DNA of 64,000 bases from Octopus sinensis. Taxonomy: Eukaryota. The stretch is taken from NCBI RefSeq assembly GCF_006345805.1, contig NC_043000.1:71548001-71612000 (forward strand). The letters run 5' to 3'. Made by a program: the position numbers and the translations under genes. This document shows, piece after piece, positions 63,352-64,000 of this stretch. Numbering within the stretch: the first letter of the stretch is position 1; each line of letters begins with the position of its first letter. Under the pieces are notes generated by a model, which was not told where the DNA came from, did not search any database, and saw only the letters and a program-made list of their open reading frames with translations.

Positions 63352-63469
63352 GAGTACATGTAGCAAGTGAGTACATGTAGCAAGTGAGTACATGTAGCAA
63401 GTGAGTACATGTAGCAAGTGAGTACATGTAGCAAGTGAGTACATGTAGCAAGTGAGTACATGTAGCAAG
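63352..63469. repeat. Perfect 17-bp minisatellite, ~7 copies
   Basis: (gagtacatgtagcaagt)n. Confidence 0.95.
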
Positions 63470-63758
63470 ATATATGATTGGGCAGTTTGTAGCAGATAGT
63501 CATGAAGATAGGAAGCATTACAACTTGAAGAGTCAAAGCGTTGCTTAGCCTACAGCAGTGAAAAAGACTTTTGGTATTTGTTATATTGAACATGTATTTA
63601 TCATTTACATGTCATGTCAATGTTTCTAGTAAAACTATTTATTGTATATCTTTGTGAATTATTTACCCCTTAACAGTAACAATGCTTTTGTCCAAGCTAC
63701 TGATATATAAATAAGATAATACTTGATAAAAGTGGAAACACAGTGCTAATTTAAATAT

Positions 63759-63976
63759 TGATTTCAAATTTTAGCAGAAGGCCAGCAATTTCGGGGCAAT
63801 GGGTAAGTCATTACATTGACCTCTAGTACTCATGTGGTACTTATTTTTATTGACCCTGAAAGGATGAAAGGCAAAGCTGACCTCAGAAGAATTTGAACTC
63901 AAAACGTAAAGACAGACGAAACGCCACTAAGCATTTTGCTCAGCATGTTAACAATTCTGCCAGTTTATTACCTTAA
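63759..63976 (-). mobile_element. SINE family 2 copy
   Basis: Matches 34181-34396. Confidence 0.8.
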
Positions 63977-64000
63977 AAAGGGTAATTACTGGCTTCAAAT

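Overview
AT-rich, repeat-dominated eukaryotic DNA, most likely a coleoid cephalopod (Octopus-like). That assignment is inferred from the tRNA-headed SINEs, RTE LINE ends and long (TA)n tracts. Most of the window is mobile-element debris: Helitron-type non-autonomous elements, piggyBac, mariner, maT-like and hAT remnants, RTE and CR1 LINEs, two SINE families, Penelope-like (PLE) remnants, and a ~5.7 kb TA-rich microsatellite field. One host-gene candidate is supported: a four-TM tetraspanin-like coding exon at 28522-29299 (+), which needs two single-base frameshift corrections. The most striking signal is a set of minimal type-I hammerhead ribozyme motifs from several unrelated repeat families (8747, 13205, 15484, 15847, 23041, 54495, 60860). 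One family sits in a 363-bp tandem, retrozyme/PLE-like array with a compensatory U3-A8 core. Its homologue at 54.5 kb covaries in stems I, II and III and shares the same internal repeat boundaries. Several long foldback hairpins and convergent SINE pairs are also present. All calls were made by eye, without database searches or folding software; coordinates of degenerate elements are approximate.
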